In this document: positions 40,319 to 53,170 of the stretch, piece after piece
Layout: the number at the start of each line of letters is the position of its first letter
Position numbering within the stretch: position 1 is the first letter of the stretch
Assembly (NCBI GenBank): GCA_003971905.1
Contig: RSEE01000003.1
Coordinates: 372,001-436,000 of the forward strand
Reading direction: 5' to 3'
Origin: Moniliella sp. 'wahieum'
Lineage: Eukaryota
DNA length: 64,000 nt
Translations under genes and position numbers: made by a program
The notes under the pieces: model-generated
The model's database searches: none
Told to the model about the DNA's origin: nothing
The model's input: the letters and a program-made list of their open reading frames with translations, nothing else

Positions 40319-41076
40319 TTATTCATCGTCCTGGACGATAGTGCCCTTGGCCGAGACGTAGAGACCGTCCAAGAACTTACGGATATCCTTGTTGCGGACA
40401 AGGCAGGCACCGTGCATGTCGGCAGCCGACTGGGACACAGCGTTGATGTCGTTGCCCTCAATCAGCACCTGGTCCTTCTGGGCCTTGTCCTCGGTGATAG
40501 TCACACCCTCGCGCATAGGCACGTGGCGAACACGCTTCTCACCAAGGAAGTTGCGGATCTCAACAGCCCGCTTGTCACCGGAAATGATAAGGTTGACGGG
40601 GAAATGGGCGTACACGGCGCGGACCTTGTACTGGAAGCCCTTCGTCACGCCCTTGATCATGTTGGCCACAACCGAGGCAGCAGTGCGGAGGCAAGCAACG
40701 TGCTTGCGGCCACCGTGCCAGACGACGAAGCGGACCTTGGTGCTCTTGGCGTCCTTAACCAGACGAATCTCCATGTTCAGGTGCTTGAGCGACTTGCTCA
40801 GCTCGCCGCGAGGACCTTTGACCCACACATCGCGGGAGGCCACCTTGACCTCAACGTCGGCGGGGACGGGGATCTCGATGTCCTTGTAGATCTGCAGCAT
40901 GTGGCGTACTGCAACACACCCAGAAGGACGGTTAGCATCTGCAGGCCATCCACTTTGACCAGTAGGTCATGAAAGCGTCATTGCTCGAATTGTCCACGAA
41001 GGGTGCCCACAACCGATGGTCCGTCAAAGCGGACGCAAATCCCAGTGAGCAACCTAGGCCGTAACAATTGACCCAT
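40319..41076 (-). CDS. RPL9: 60S ribosomal protein L9 (uL6)
   Basis: VKGPRGEL, WHGGRKHVACLRT, YAHFPVN, EIRNFLGEK, KDIRKFLDGLYVS. An in-frame ATG G exon lies upstream of intron 40909-41072; the start could instead be 40900. Confidence 0.96.
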
Positions 41077-41466
41077 CTGGGGTGTTGAGGGGACGTGGAG
41101 TATGTGTGCTTACCTGGAGACCGATGGCTTGGTGTTGTCACGAGTTCACGATCGAGCTCGGCATTGGGAAGAAGCCCTAGCGCGCCTAGAACGCTGGACC
41201 GAACGGATATCACTGGCCTCGTGCCTCGAGCAGGCAGCTCAACGCACGGGAACACTGTAGATCCCTTCCTATCGGCGCAATTAATCCACACAACCCTAAA
41301 CGTGGCACTGCCTTAGCTGCCTGAAATGTTGAGCGTTCTGCTTGTGTATTTGTGTTGTGCACGTGCAATCATGTCAGCTTTCGTCATCTTACGTACTTCA
41401 ATTCTACATGCGACCCTGGAGTGACATGCAGTTTGTTTAAATCGCTGTGGAACCACCACGATCGCC

Positions 41467-42203
41467 ATGGAGCCATCCGTTGCAGTCCCACTCATTCCTG
41501 AGCACCCGGAAGTGGGGGATAGCCATGGGGAATCGGAGAGAAGGTCATGGGCATGGGATGTCGAGGTGACCCAGACGCTTCTGAGGTTACGGGATTGCGA
41601 AACTGTAAGTATCTGCCTGCTTGTACACGTCTAGGGCTGACCGAGGTTGTCTAACTGGATAGCAATTGGTATCGCTCCTGGCGCATGCGGGCGACACCAT
41701 TGCTTCACTTATCCCTGGTGATGGCGCCGAAGTTCCTGAGGCGGACACAGATGTGTTTGAGGAGAAGGCTCAGCAATGGCTCGTTACAGTCAACGATGTA
41801 CAGACTGTGCTCAAAACGGCCATTGCTCAGTTGCGGCAAGCCAACGTGGTGCCGCTTACGCCGAATGTGAGCTCGGAGGCTCGTGCGACTGGCTCATTGG
41901 GTGTATCAGATCCAGCGCCAGTGGACTTCGCTTTGCTTCAGCGTGCTTTGAGCGCCGCCTCGACGGTTCAATCGCCTGGTACCCCCTCCTCACTCGCAGA
42001 CCCCATTCGTCTGCTCACCCGAAGATGCAGCTTTGAGCTTGAGTGCGCTGCGATTGGAAGAGCAAGCCTGGGTTGATCTAGCTGCTGCATTGCGAGATGT
42101 TGCTCGATTCGCCTCTCCCTCGGATATTTCAGATTCGTCGCCTTCAGCGCCCATGGCCGATGGGGACCAGCGATTGATCGCTGCAATTCTCGCACAAAAG
42201 TAG
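41467..42203 (+). CDS. Mediator subunit 11-like protein
   Basis: Two exons (GTAAGT...CTAAC...TAG); LRLRDCETQLVSLLAHAGDTIASL...FEEKAQQWLVTVNDVQTVLKTAIAQL matches the Med11 helical pattern as I recall it; divergent from RPL9. Confidence 0.6.
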
Positions 42204-42900
42204 GCGATGTTTACCATTTGGAAAGCAGTAGCATGATAACATTGGATGTCACTTGGTAGATCAATTCACGCGCAAGAGTGTAAGTGTAAAGCAGATGGCC
42301 TTTCTCGTTTACTGCGTACGGTGCATATGTTGGCCTTGCAACGGTGCCAATTCCATGAGGTTGAAGTTGCCGTCAGGCCTGCAATCTTATGGGCTGCTGC
42401 GTGCCTGCTCTGGCCCATGGTCGGTAGTATCGATATTCGATCATCGATCCAATATGGATGCACAATCGATACACACTATATTACACAGTATCAGGCTCTC
42501 ATCGATGGCCGCTGTGGTCGGTGGGGCTCTCTGCAGGCCGTCCCCAGCGAGGGCAGACGATGTGGTACTTCTTGGGAGGGGACTGGCGCTGTGCGGCCGC
42601 AGAAGACGCAGAGTGTCTCTGGGCTGCTGCCTCGGCCGCAAGGTGGAGCGCCCCAAGACAGGCGCCATGCGTCTGATGGTTGGTGCAAGAAGTAGGGTTG
42701 CCCAAGGGGGCGCGGGGGCAGGCAGAGCAGGGGCTGCGCTGGCCACCCTGGACCACCTCCACCTTGCCTTGCCGGACAGCTGCTTCACCTCGCCTCGCTT
42801 TGCTTTGCTTTGCCGACATATTCCTAGCCAGCAAGCAGGTGTCTGCGTCTTATCGAACCTCACCACCACCACCGGGCTCATAGAGCAACCCTCGGCCGCG

Positions 42901-45243
42901 ATGCCCCCTTCCAGTGCAGCAGGTGCGCCATCCCCTCTCTTCCGAGCCGCTCGTGCTGCTGACACGCTTCCGGCAGCCGGTGCCCTCCGCCCCCACCCGG
43001 CCTCGGTATCGGCAGCGGCCTCGGCATCGGCCGTACCCCTCCTTCCACGTCTTCTGGTGCCCCGCTCCCCTCCGTCCCGCTCAACATTCCGCGTGCAGGA
43101 CGAGGCCCGCCCCCATCTGACGACACCAACCCTGCCTCCCCCGCAACCTCCTGGAACCCCACCGACGCAAGCCTGACCGGCGGCAAATCGCCGTCCCCCC
43201 AAGTCTCCAAGCCCCTGCTGTACCTGCATTTGTCTTATCGGCTTCCAAACGCCCCCCACATCAGCCGACCAGTCGAGTACGCTATACCATTCAAGCCCTA
43301 CTCGACCTTTCCGGTCCCCTTCCGGGCGAGCCACACGCCCTTGCCGCTCCACCCGACACGGTTCCATTCCATGTCTGGTATGGCGCCTTTCCCAACTCCC
43401 AGAGCAACAACCGCAGTGTCCCTTCATACCGTCCTCCGCGTGCCGAAGGCGGAGACGGTGGGTACGGGAACCCGAAGCGCCACTTCCATGCCCATGGCCC
43501 ACATGATGAGAGCGAACGGGATGGTACGTTGAGCCAATTCCAGGGTTACTTTCTGTCCTAACCTATTGACATCCTCTCACAGGTCGTGTCCATGGCTTTC
43601 CTACGGCCAACTTCAAAACGGCTGCAGCTAGTGAACGCCGTGCGGCGGCCCCGTAGGCGTGGGGCGGATGTCGACGAAGGAGACGAGCATCACAATCACC
43701 ACGGCCACCCGACACGGGATAACACGGCCGACGCCGCTTCCGACTGGCGCCGCCCCACTATAAATCGCCCGGGCCGCAAACAGCAGGAAAATGTCCCTTC
43801 ATGGATGGACGAAGATCCTTTGAGCACTGGCCCGGCCATGTCTGGCGGTATGGACGACATCCAAGCATTCAAAGCCGCGATGCGCGAAGCCGAGCGCACT
43901 CAGAAGGGGGTTGCTGGTGCGCCCCCGGGTTGGCTAAGCCGGCTGGTCCTCCCCCTGGGCTTCCAAACCTAGTGGCCCACCCCCAGGCTTGAATTTAGGC
44001 CCCAAAGGCGATGATTCATTCGAATCGGACACACGCTCGACGGGCAAGCGAGACATTCCCCCACCGACACGGCTCCTGTTCCTTCTACGGGCGTTCTTCT
44101 CGCTTTGCACGTTTCTTTGACACCACTTCTGCCTCGGCTCCATCGCCCACACAAGCGGCACACGCGCCTTCCCTGGCCGAGCCTCAAACGAAGCCTGCCT
44201 GAATCTGCTACCACTCCACAGCTGGACTTGGCCGCTCTGTTGTACGGTCAACCTATCCAGCACTAACCCTCCGCCGAATCCGGTCCCAAACACCGCCCCA
44301 ACTCCTGCCGCACCCACGACTGCCCCTGGCTCGGATGACCAAGCCAGTATGGCTAAAGTGCTCGCTATGCTTGCTGGCTCGGCTGGTGGGGCAAGCAACA
44401 TGTCTCCGGCTCCGGCTCCGGCCCCGCCCGGTTTGGCACCCCCTACTCAAGGAGCGCACCGCCAAGAATCAGGACAACACGTTGCTGCCGGGTAACAATG
44501 TTAGCGCTGCCAACCGTACGAGTCAGCCGAATGCTCATTCGCTCATGACCGATGTCCTCCCCCCCTCGCGAGATGCGACCTCGCCTGCGTCATCATCCGT
44601 CCCGAGCGCGGCTCACAGTCGGGCGCACAGCATGCGTACCGGCCCGATCCCTCTTGGTCTACATGACCATACCTCGGGTCCTGTCTTCCCCATGGTTCAA
44701 GGACCGCCCGGAGTGGGAGCCCCTGGGCTGCCTACCCAGTTCGGCTTTCCACCGAACTTTTTCCCGCCTGAGGGGATGCCTCCTCCATCGCGTCCAAACG
44801 GTCCAGCGATGTACGACCCTACTCTGCCCGCGTTGAAGCTGACCCGGCCATGCTTATGAGCCACGGCCAAACCGTGCCCCCCGGGCCTGGAAACATGCCC
44901 CCTGGCTTCCACCCCAAATGATGCCGGCTATGATGGGCAACCATGGTATGGTTCCTGGTCCTGGCGGTGTGCCCATGATGTTGCCGCCGCATCTGCAGCC
45001 TCCACCCGGTTGGAAGGGCTTCCCTCCCCCACCTCAAGGACCTGGGGGAGCCCGTCCTCCCCCTCCGGATTGGAAGCGGATCCACGTCAGCCTCATCCCT
45101 GGGGACAAGGCCCGCCACCGCCGACTGGCCATCCTCCCCGCGACTTCATTAACCATTCGCCTAGCAACCCGGGTCACCCCGCGTCAGCTGCGGATCTGAT
45201 GGCCTTTCTGACTGGTGGCAATGCTTCTTACGGACGTCAGTAA
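42901..45243 (+). CDS. Pro-rich disordered protein, possibly 4E-T/Eap1-like
   Basis: Motifs ENVPSWMDE, DDIQAFKAAMREAER, SSRFARFF, MAKVLAML and terminal AADLMAFL within low-complexity sequence; many frameshifts. Confidence 0.5.
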
Positions 45244-45543
45244 CTTCCCCAGAGGCGATGGCCGGCGCATACATGTCGTGATGCTCCGTTCTCTGCCTTT
45301 CCCGCCCCCTCTGATGGAGATGCAGCAACTAAGCTGGTGGACGTGGTTTCGTCGACGCGGTCTCCAATTCCATTCTCTTTGGTCATGATCTTGTTTTCCA
45401 ACCTGTCGGCGCGGTGTCTCCTATGGGAGAGGATAGTGGAATGCAAAGTCTGTCACCAACCCTTTTTCATTTGGTCACAAGAGCGGAAACAATAGAGAAC
45501 AAAGATAGTCAAGCAAGGCGTAGTCACAGCTGACGCAACCCAA

Positions 45544-47201
45544 CTAGTAATCTTGCCTTCTGGGACGGTTGTAGTTACCCCAACGAGAAGGCCCTCCCCC
45601 CGCCCCACCCGGCCCGTCGCCCATGGGACGATAGGAGCGATATCCACCGCCACCGGGACCATTGCCATCGCGGTGCTCGCGCATAGCGAATTGATCCCTC
45701 TGGTGCGAATCCGTCATATGCGGCCGCCTCCTTCAGTAGCAGAAGGATCCTTGCCCTTGACGGGAGTCAATGGGTTCTCGGGGCGTGCGCGGCACCAGAA
45801 GCGGGTGGTATGGTCGTTGCTGCCGCTGGCCAAGATATGGCCCAAGGGGTGCCAGGCAGAGACCAAATGTTCGAGTCGTGTGCCATCTCCTCACTATACA
45901 GAGGACGTTCAGGGTTGGTACTGCTGAGCAGCCAGTATTGCATGCCGCCGCTAGCGTCACCGGAGACAAGCAGGTCGCGGTGGATAGGGTGCCATGCAAC
46001 GCCTGGAACGATCGAAGTCGGTCAGTCAGTCAGTCAGGAAAGGATGTGCAGACAGGAAACAGAAAGCAATGCGTACTGTTCACTTCGTCTTGGTGGCCCC
46101 GAAGTGTGTAAAGTTCTTTCATAGCACGAATGTCCCAGACCTTGAGCAGCCGATCGCGCGAGGCCGAAACGATCAAATCGTTACCCGGACCGCCCCAGCT
46201 GATGGCCTGGATGGTTTGCTTGTGGGAGCTAAGTGTACCCAGGTTGGAACCCGAACGAGGATCCCAAAACTTGACCAGGTTGTCCTTGGAGCCCGACACA
46301 ATCAACCCTCGCGTGGGGTGCCAATCAACGCACTTGACGTCCCATTGGTGGCCCGTCAGGCTCTGTTCTTCGCGTGCCTCTTCAAATCCCCAGATACGCA
46401 GCTTCGCATCATCTGAAGCCGTGACGAATCGGCCATTGTCGGGCTGAAGGAGATGCCGCGAATGGCATTTTCGGAGCCTTGGAATGCCTGGACATTGTTC
46501 ATGTTCAGTTAATATTTGAGCATCCCCCCTGTCCCCTGATACGAGCCAGTCCCGTGTGAGACCATTCGAAAGCACGCACAGCGCTATCGTGGGCTTGGAG
46601 AATGCTCTCAAAGTTGAACGTCATCCCGTTCCATAGCGTGAACTCGCCCGATTGTGAGCCGGTGAGCAAGCGACGGCCTTCGGGTGTCCACTGGGGAATT
46701 TGTTAACAGCAGCCAAATCGTCAGCATGGCGTCACCGGGAAACGAGGAACAAAACACGTACCCTCACCACGTTTACCGGGCAGCGAACCTTGTTGGTAGA
46801 AGTATGGACGAGAGTAGAGGTGATGCTAGAGGCAGCACTGTTGTAGTAGACAGGGGCCAAGAGCGCGTTCATGAAGTGGGCCGATGGCCGCATGAAATGG
46901 TCGAGGCGCGTGGAGGGTTGCTGAAGGCGCTCGAGGCTGGACAGCATGTAGGTGCACGAGTAATCGACGGTGCGGCGCTGTAAGAACTTGCGTACCCTCC
47001 GCGGCTCGTACCCAGCAGCGACGGCGACCGCTTGCGCTGCCTGCTCCTCCTCCACCCGTACATCGGTTGGGGCGGCCGTGGCTGCTCGTCCAGCAGGAAG
47101 TCAGGAGACCAGCGGGGCCATCCGATCTCGTCTGTGCTGGCCGTTGCAGGTGTAGTAATGGTGGAGGCAGCAGCCGAGACGGCCATGTCCGGCTTGTCCA
47201 T
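45544..47201 (-). CDS. PFS2: Polyadenylation factor WD40 subunit (WDR33)
   Basis: [102 protein letters not shown]. Confidence 0.95.
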
Positions 47202-47814
47202 CTCGCAGCAGCCAGGGAGATGATCGGTGAGAAGAAGTGGTGGGCGTTGGGCGGACAGCCCTGCGGCCGCCGCCCCCCCAAGTTCACTAGGGAAATTTGA
47301 AACCACAGATGTTCCGCTACGCACTATTAGGTCTTTTTTTAGGCACCGCCTCCCATTGCTGTATTAAGCACTGAGAGGACCTCCTGATGGGAGTCAACGC
47401 AAAGGACGCTCGCAGCCTAACAATCGCGGATGTTGGTACTCCGACGGCCACCTCTTCAGCAACTACCGCACAGATGTCCGTATACTACCGACTAAAATGG
47501 GCAATTCAAACTGATGATGCGTGCATAAGCCAGGTAATATGCGGCTGTTTTGAGATTGCATGGATGGCTGCAGTCTGGTACGGTTGGGGCTAAGCCATGG
47601 CCCACGAACACATCAAGCAGCAAGGATGACAAGAGCGATATACAAACGATCGAATCGGTCGAATCGGTCGAAAGCATGGCGGATGACCCCATCCGTGCAA
47701 GGGGTTTCGCCAAAACAGGCCTGCCATCAGGGAATTGGCCAGGTCGCGACCATAGCCGCGACCCAAGATACAAGATCACAGAAGACAGAAAGGGACAGTA
47801 CGGCTGCGTGCAGC

Positions 47815-48223
47815 TTAGTTGGAAACCGAGCTGAGCAGGTCCGAATCACCAGCGTCCGTGACGGCGAGCACGCTATAAAGTTCCAAACACACACCACGTC
47901 AGATGACCGGTTTCATTACCCCAGGTAAAAGAGAGAGACGTACCCAACACGGAAGAGCTTGCCGGAAGCCGTGCCAAGGGCAACGTTCGAGCCCTGGTAG
48001 TGGTGCACGAGCGTCTTGGACAGCATGGCGTAGTACTCAAGCTCCGACTTGCGCGAGGAGGGGTGTTGGCCGAGATAAGGACAAGCTTGGCCTTGCCATT
48101 CCGGAGGGTCTTGAGCGTGCTCGAGTAGCCGAGCTGAACTTTGCCCGACTTCATGACAAGCTGAAGCTTGCCATTGATGTTCTCCTGTGTGGAGGTCTTC
48201 TTCTTGTTGCTTACAGGCGCCAT
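47815..48223 (-). CDS. RPL30: 60S ribosomal protein L30 (eL30); 5'-UTR intron at 48230-48354
   Basis: [53 protein letters not shown]-like segment, [13 protein letters not shown]. Confidence 0.95.
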
Positions 48224-48865
48224 CGTGTCCTGTTGCTCATATGGTCAGTACCTCTGCTTCAAGCGCGATGGGATGGCATCCTGAAATGCACCCCTCCAGG
48301 AAGCCTCATTCCTGGGGGGGAGGTCTGTCGCTCTTTCTGGAGCATGGCACTCACTCTTGTCAGTGAGTCGTCGGTAAAGACCAGCGGGTTGGACGTCGGG
48401 ACGGAGGGATGCTTCTGGCAATGTGGGCGATAGGGTTTGGATCTGGTCTGAGTTCTACACTGGCCTACTGCCTCCTTGCCGCAGTCGCGGAGACAGCCCC
48501 CCAGTATGTCTGTCCATCTGCCTACCTGATGTGGTGAGTAACAGGGTTACATCACGTGATGCGGGCCAACCTATCGACACACTTGTTGGCTGCTCTTGGT
48601 ACAACCGCGTTCCCAACAACCCATCGAGTTTGGCTTCCAAGGACAGGTAAGCACCATTCCCACATTGTGTTCCCACGAACTGCTCGTCCGCATGCCAAGG
48701 CATATTGGCGCCTGGCATCTCCAAGTATTCACGCGGCTTGGTCCCCGCTCCCATTCGACTGATTACGGTCCATAGCCGGGTGGGACTGCGGCGGGCCCGC
48801 AAATACCGAAAGGGGGAGAGCAGTCATGAGTAATGGCCTGACACAAGGTCCCAAATACAGATCAA

Positions 48866-49131
48866 ATGACGACGCGCGGTACTACTTCATTTGGCCTTCG
48901 CCACATTAAGGCGCACACGTTGTGCCGCCGCTGCGGAAAGCGCTCGTTCCACAAACAGCATAAGGAGTGTGCCTCCTGCGGCTACCCCTCGGCCAAAACC
49001 CGTTCGTACCAATGGGGCAGAAAGCTATCCGGAGGCGCACTACCGGCACGGGCCGGATGCGCTACCTCAAGACGGTGCCCCGCAAGGCTAAGAACGGTTT
49101 CCGTTCTGGCGCGCCTAAGGTGTCTGCTTAG
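48866..49131 (+). CDS. RPL37: 60S ribosomal protein L37 (eL37); leader intron at about 48533-48860
   Basis: [51 protein letters not shown]. Confidence 0.96.
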
Positions 49132-49909
49132 GTGTCGCATTTTCGTCTTCTGATTGCTTCCTTCGTTTACGGTGCGCGCTTGATGGGTGTTTTACGTCGT
49201 CGGTCCCATCATCCTGTATGTTTGTTTACAGTGAACCTCAGATCCTCAGCGCTAATCCCGCTGGTGCTGGCTTGGTTTTCGGCACCGCTACTACCACCCC
49301 ACACTTCGTCAGCCTGCCATCTCTATATTCGCGCCGTACTGGCAACCATGCATTGTAAGCTCTACCGGGCGTCGCGTTCATGAACCACATTTACTGTGCT
49401 TGTTCGTTATGAAGGGGACTTCGCAGGGCTGCTGGAAGGTGGTCGCTAAAATCTGTGCGATCCCCTTCATATATCGGAGGAGAGGCTTGGAATGAGAAGA
49501 TTTTTGCGAATACCACGAGCTAAGGCCTGGCTGAGTACCCTACTGTGTGTTCAGACACGAGCGTCTCGTGTACCACTTTTCGGAAGCATTCCGCACTCCT
49601 CATGGTGTGGTCCACCTCCATCTCTCATTCTCCTCTTCTTCCCCCCCAACCGGCTCATATCATACAGCGTTGTGTGTACCCCCAATGCTTGGGGATTGGG
49701 TCCCGCATTGCCTCGTGGAGCGCCCCAGGTCCAGAGCATGATGTCCTCCAGACTTCTGTCTCCAACTGTTCTGGTGTGCTGGTAGCTACAGGCGCTTGAG
49801 ACTTGAAGCTGAGACTGGATACTGGAGCGCTTCAGGTGTTCGTATGTGTCGTGGCCAATTTCGCTGCCAACGAGATGCAACGTGTATAAATTCAACTACG
49901 ACGGAAAGA

Positions 49910-49989
49910 ATCACGTGACCATTGCGGACTCTATTAGTGGTCGTGCCCAATTCCCAGCCCATCATGCATTACTCAGCAGCAGTAGGGTT
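49910..49989. promoter_or_regulatory. E-box ATCACGTGAC (Cbf1-type) and TAGGGTT upstream of COX VIIc
   Basis: Motifs at 49910-49919 and 49983-49989. Confidence 0.4.
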
Positions 49990-50086
49990 GCGCGATGAGC
50001 TGCCAAACTGCCGTTTCCGGCCTCAGCGCGGCAGCGCCCACCTCTGCCGCCTGTCTGGCTCCACCACCTCCCCACCGCTCATCACC

Positions 50087-50462
50087 ATGGTCTCTGCTCT
50101 CCTCGCTCGCTCTTCCCTCCAGGCTGCCCGTGTGGCCGCGCCCCGCCAGGCACTTGCCCAGCAGGTCCGCAGCGTGCACTTTGAGAACAAGGTTCACCAC
50201 GTACGTTGACCACTGCGTCCCCCGCATTCGCGTGCGAGTCCAAGCGTTAACGCGCTAGATGCTAACCTCTCTCCCGCATCAAGACTCTTCCTTTTGAGAC
50301 TGGCCCCAAGCACAAGGTCCGCACTGCCGTCATCATGGGTGCCTTCTTTGGCACTGCCGCTGCTCTCCCGATCATCGCGGTCACCTTCCAAAAGTGAGTG
50401 CTCCTTTTTTCCCTCGACTCTGCATGCTAATCCGTCCACTTTTTCTGCTCAGGCTCAAGTAA
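50087..50462 (+). CDS. Cytochrome c oxidase subunit VIIc (yeast Cox8 type)
   Basis: Three exons giving a presequence plus VHFENKVHH|TLPFETGPKHK...GAFFGTAAALPIIAVTFQK|LK. Confidence 0.8.
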
Positions 50463-50617
50463 ATCAACTGGTTCATATTTGAGGTACACTGTATGTTCCC
50501 TTGATTGGCTATTTTTGGTCGCACCCGCCAATAAAACGATCGCTAGTGCGAGTTGGGGATGTTGCCAGGACCATTTCATGGTGGATCCACATAGACTGCC
50601 GTTATCGTGCATTGCTT

Positions 50618-52735
50618 TCAGCGTCTCTTATGCTCTGGTGTCACGGGAAGAAGGCTCCGACTCCTGGCACTGGCACCGACACTCTCGCCAAGGCCAGGGG
50701 CGTCCTCGACAACGTTAGGCATCATGGTGCCTCGCTCGTCCTGATTGACAGCCAGGATTAACGTGCCATTTGGACGGAAAGAGCCCACATCGGTTGTATT
50801 GACCCAGATGCCCAGAGGGTCAGGCAGGTTAGACGGGATCGGGTCGAGGGCAACTGCTGTAATGCCTCCCCGGACCAAGACCATACCAGCCGGATCGTCA
50901 GGCCAGCGAGTATGGAGATGCTCTGCCTCGGCGCTTTTGGCCTCGACTGGCTCGATGGTCCAGCCCTGTTGCCTCAACAAAGGCGATTCCACCAGCTGAA
51001 TTTCGGCTGCAACGGAGGGGGGACCAACATGGATTGCCCCATATGGCCCACTTCAAACGCTTGCAGGTCGGAGGCGTGCGATACGCTCAGAGGCGCAGTG
51101 AAGACAGCTGGCGTACCCGGGGGTACCCCATGCCTATGGCGACGTCCGCCATCTCGGAACTGGAAAGTGGCTGGCTGCTTGGTCGGTTTCTCATACCCTG
51201 CTACCTTGCCGCTAGATGGGAGGTAGGCGTGGACAACTGCTGCCCCAAAAAGGCCCGCAGCGTCTAGCGTATTTTGCCCCATAGCCCGGCCAGTGGAGGA
51301 AACAATGGTGGCATGACGGACTGAACGCAAGTGCGGAACGAGCGTCTTGCGAGCAAATCGGAAATAGGCCAGTCCCCGAGCCAACCAGCGGTACCTGATC
51401 CCGTCCGTAACCCTTCGCACGATGGGGAAGAACGCCGTGGCGTAAACGATAGAGAGTGAACGCGCGACCCACGTACCAATGTAGGAGGACGAGCTGCTGG
51501 CGACACAGGCCGACGCTACAGTCCGAGCAGCGGCGGGAGTAGCGTAGAGCATAGTCGGGCCCTCTGACCAAACACTTTCGGTGGCGAATGCATCAAGGTC
51601 AAACTGGATCCCTGCACCTGTGTAAATGGCGAGAAGCAAAAGACCCAGGCCAGCGGGCGAGACCAAGGGGGACAATTGGGCAGCATCCGCATCGGTCGTC
51701 ACGGACGAACCTACCCCGATTCGGTCACGCTGAGTCGGAATGGCATCAGGGCGAATGCTCCCAGATGCGAAGTTACAGCCGAGGTGAGGCTAGCTTCCGT
51801 AATGCGTGCCCACCTCCGTGCTTGGGGAGATAGTAGTGTGTATACACCGACTGGGGCTTGGTCAAAAGTGTGGTGTCGGTACCTGGGGCGGGTGTGATCG
51901 AAATGTTTGCTGCAGCCTCCTTAGCGGAAGCGAACTGCGGATAATCCTTAGCCACCTCGAGTAACTGCGAGAAGGATAAAAGTCGCTTGGACTCGATTCC
52001 GGGCAGCATCTTGGCTTGTTCCAAGTCGGAACCGGGCACCCACAATGACCTTTGCATGAGACATGATATGCGTACCCAGCAACCCCGTGGCAGGTCCTTG
52101 GCAGTGGTCGACAAAGCCAGGATGGGCAACGGGAGAGGGACCAGACTCAGGGGCGGGACCAGGGGGGAGAACAAAAAGTTTGAACCTGGTCGACTCGGAG
52201 GTGTCCACCGCCGGAAGCAACAGGGTCGCAGCAGCTAGGTCAGTGACAAGGCCAGCTGAAAGGGCCACATGAATGTTGTCATCCGACCCTACCAGGATCC
52301 GGATTCCAGCTGCTAGCTGAGCTGCCAGCTCCAAAAGGGCCATGCCGCTACGAGGGGATGCCAAAGTAGGAGCGGCAGCTTCGGGGGAGGGCGCTCCATA
52401 GGAGACGGAACGGCGTCAGAAGAAACGTTTCTGCCTCCGAGGCCGATTGTGCCCGTCACTGCTGATGTGCGGGCACCAAGGCGCACGAGACTGGAGACTG
52501 TCTGGGCAGCGGCGCGTGGGCGCACGGCAAGGTGGCTCCCGAGAGGAGTGTTGGCATTGCGGAAAACAGGAGAGTGTTGGAAGGCACGGACACGAGCAGG
52601 GACACCCTGGCGCGCAAGGACGAGAGGATGGAGAGCTGGCTGGAGCACACGTGCCTGCGCAGCGGCAATGACAAGGACCACAACGATGGCCAACCCGAGG
52701 AGGAGAGTGGTGTCGTCGACGGCGATGCCCCACAT
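50618..52735 (-). CDS. Membrane-anchored, degenerate acyl-CoA synthetase-like (AMP-binding fold) protein
   Basis: N-terminal TM, LHPLVLARQ...VR...SPVFRN, DLQAFEVGHMG, C-terminal WVNTTDVGSFRPNGTL; no canonical YTSGTTG loop seen. Confidence 0.6.
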
Positions 52736-53076
52736 TGCGGTTGATGGCGGCGGGAACAGGGTGTCTGGGGGTTGAAAAGGGATGTGGGATGAGACCAAGG
52801 GATGAGGGCGGGGGGGCGCAGGCTGAGCGCTCGTGGGCGCTGATCTGCGGTTGGGATGCCCAGGAGGGTAGGGAGAAGGCGGCAGGCGGTGGTTGGCCCC
52901 AGCAGCGGTCTGGATCTGACGCTTGCGCTTGCTGAATGCGAGACTTGGGGCAGCAGAAGACGATGCAGGCGCATGGGCCACTGGCCCTCGGCCGTCTGGT
53001 GTGTGCGGGGTGCCAGTGGCCACTGGAACCGGCAGCGGCCTAGTGCCGGGGCGGAGCATGCGCTCATCGTCGCCGA

Positions 53077-53170
53077 TCACGCATCACGCATCACGCGCCA
53101 CGCGCAACATGGAAGCATGCAGTGCGCAGCCCACGCCCCGTCGCAGCATGCATGAGCATGATGCATGATG
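53077..53170. repeat. (TCACGCA)n and TGATGCA/TGAGCA heptamer tracts
   Basis: ATCACGCATCACGCATCACGCG and GCATGAGCATGATGCATGATG in the divergent promoter. Confidence 0.75.

Noticed and set aside
40909..41072. snoRNA in the RPL9 intron
   Set aside because: Small hairpins are present but there is no convincing C/D or H/ACA box arrangement.
42253..43502. Long overlapping ORFs (307 aa on +, 353 aa on -) as separate genes
   Set aside because: They are GC-rich shadow frames over the promoter and 5' part of the Pro-rich gene and have no domain signature.
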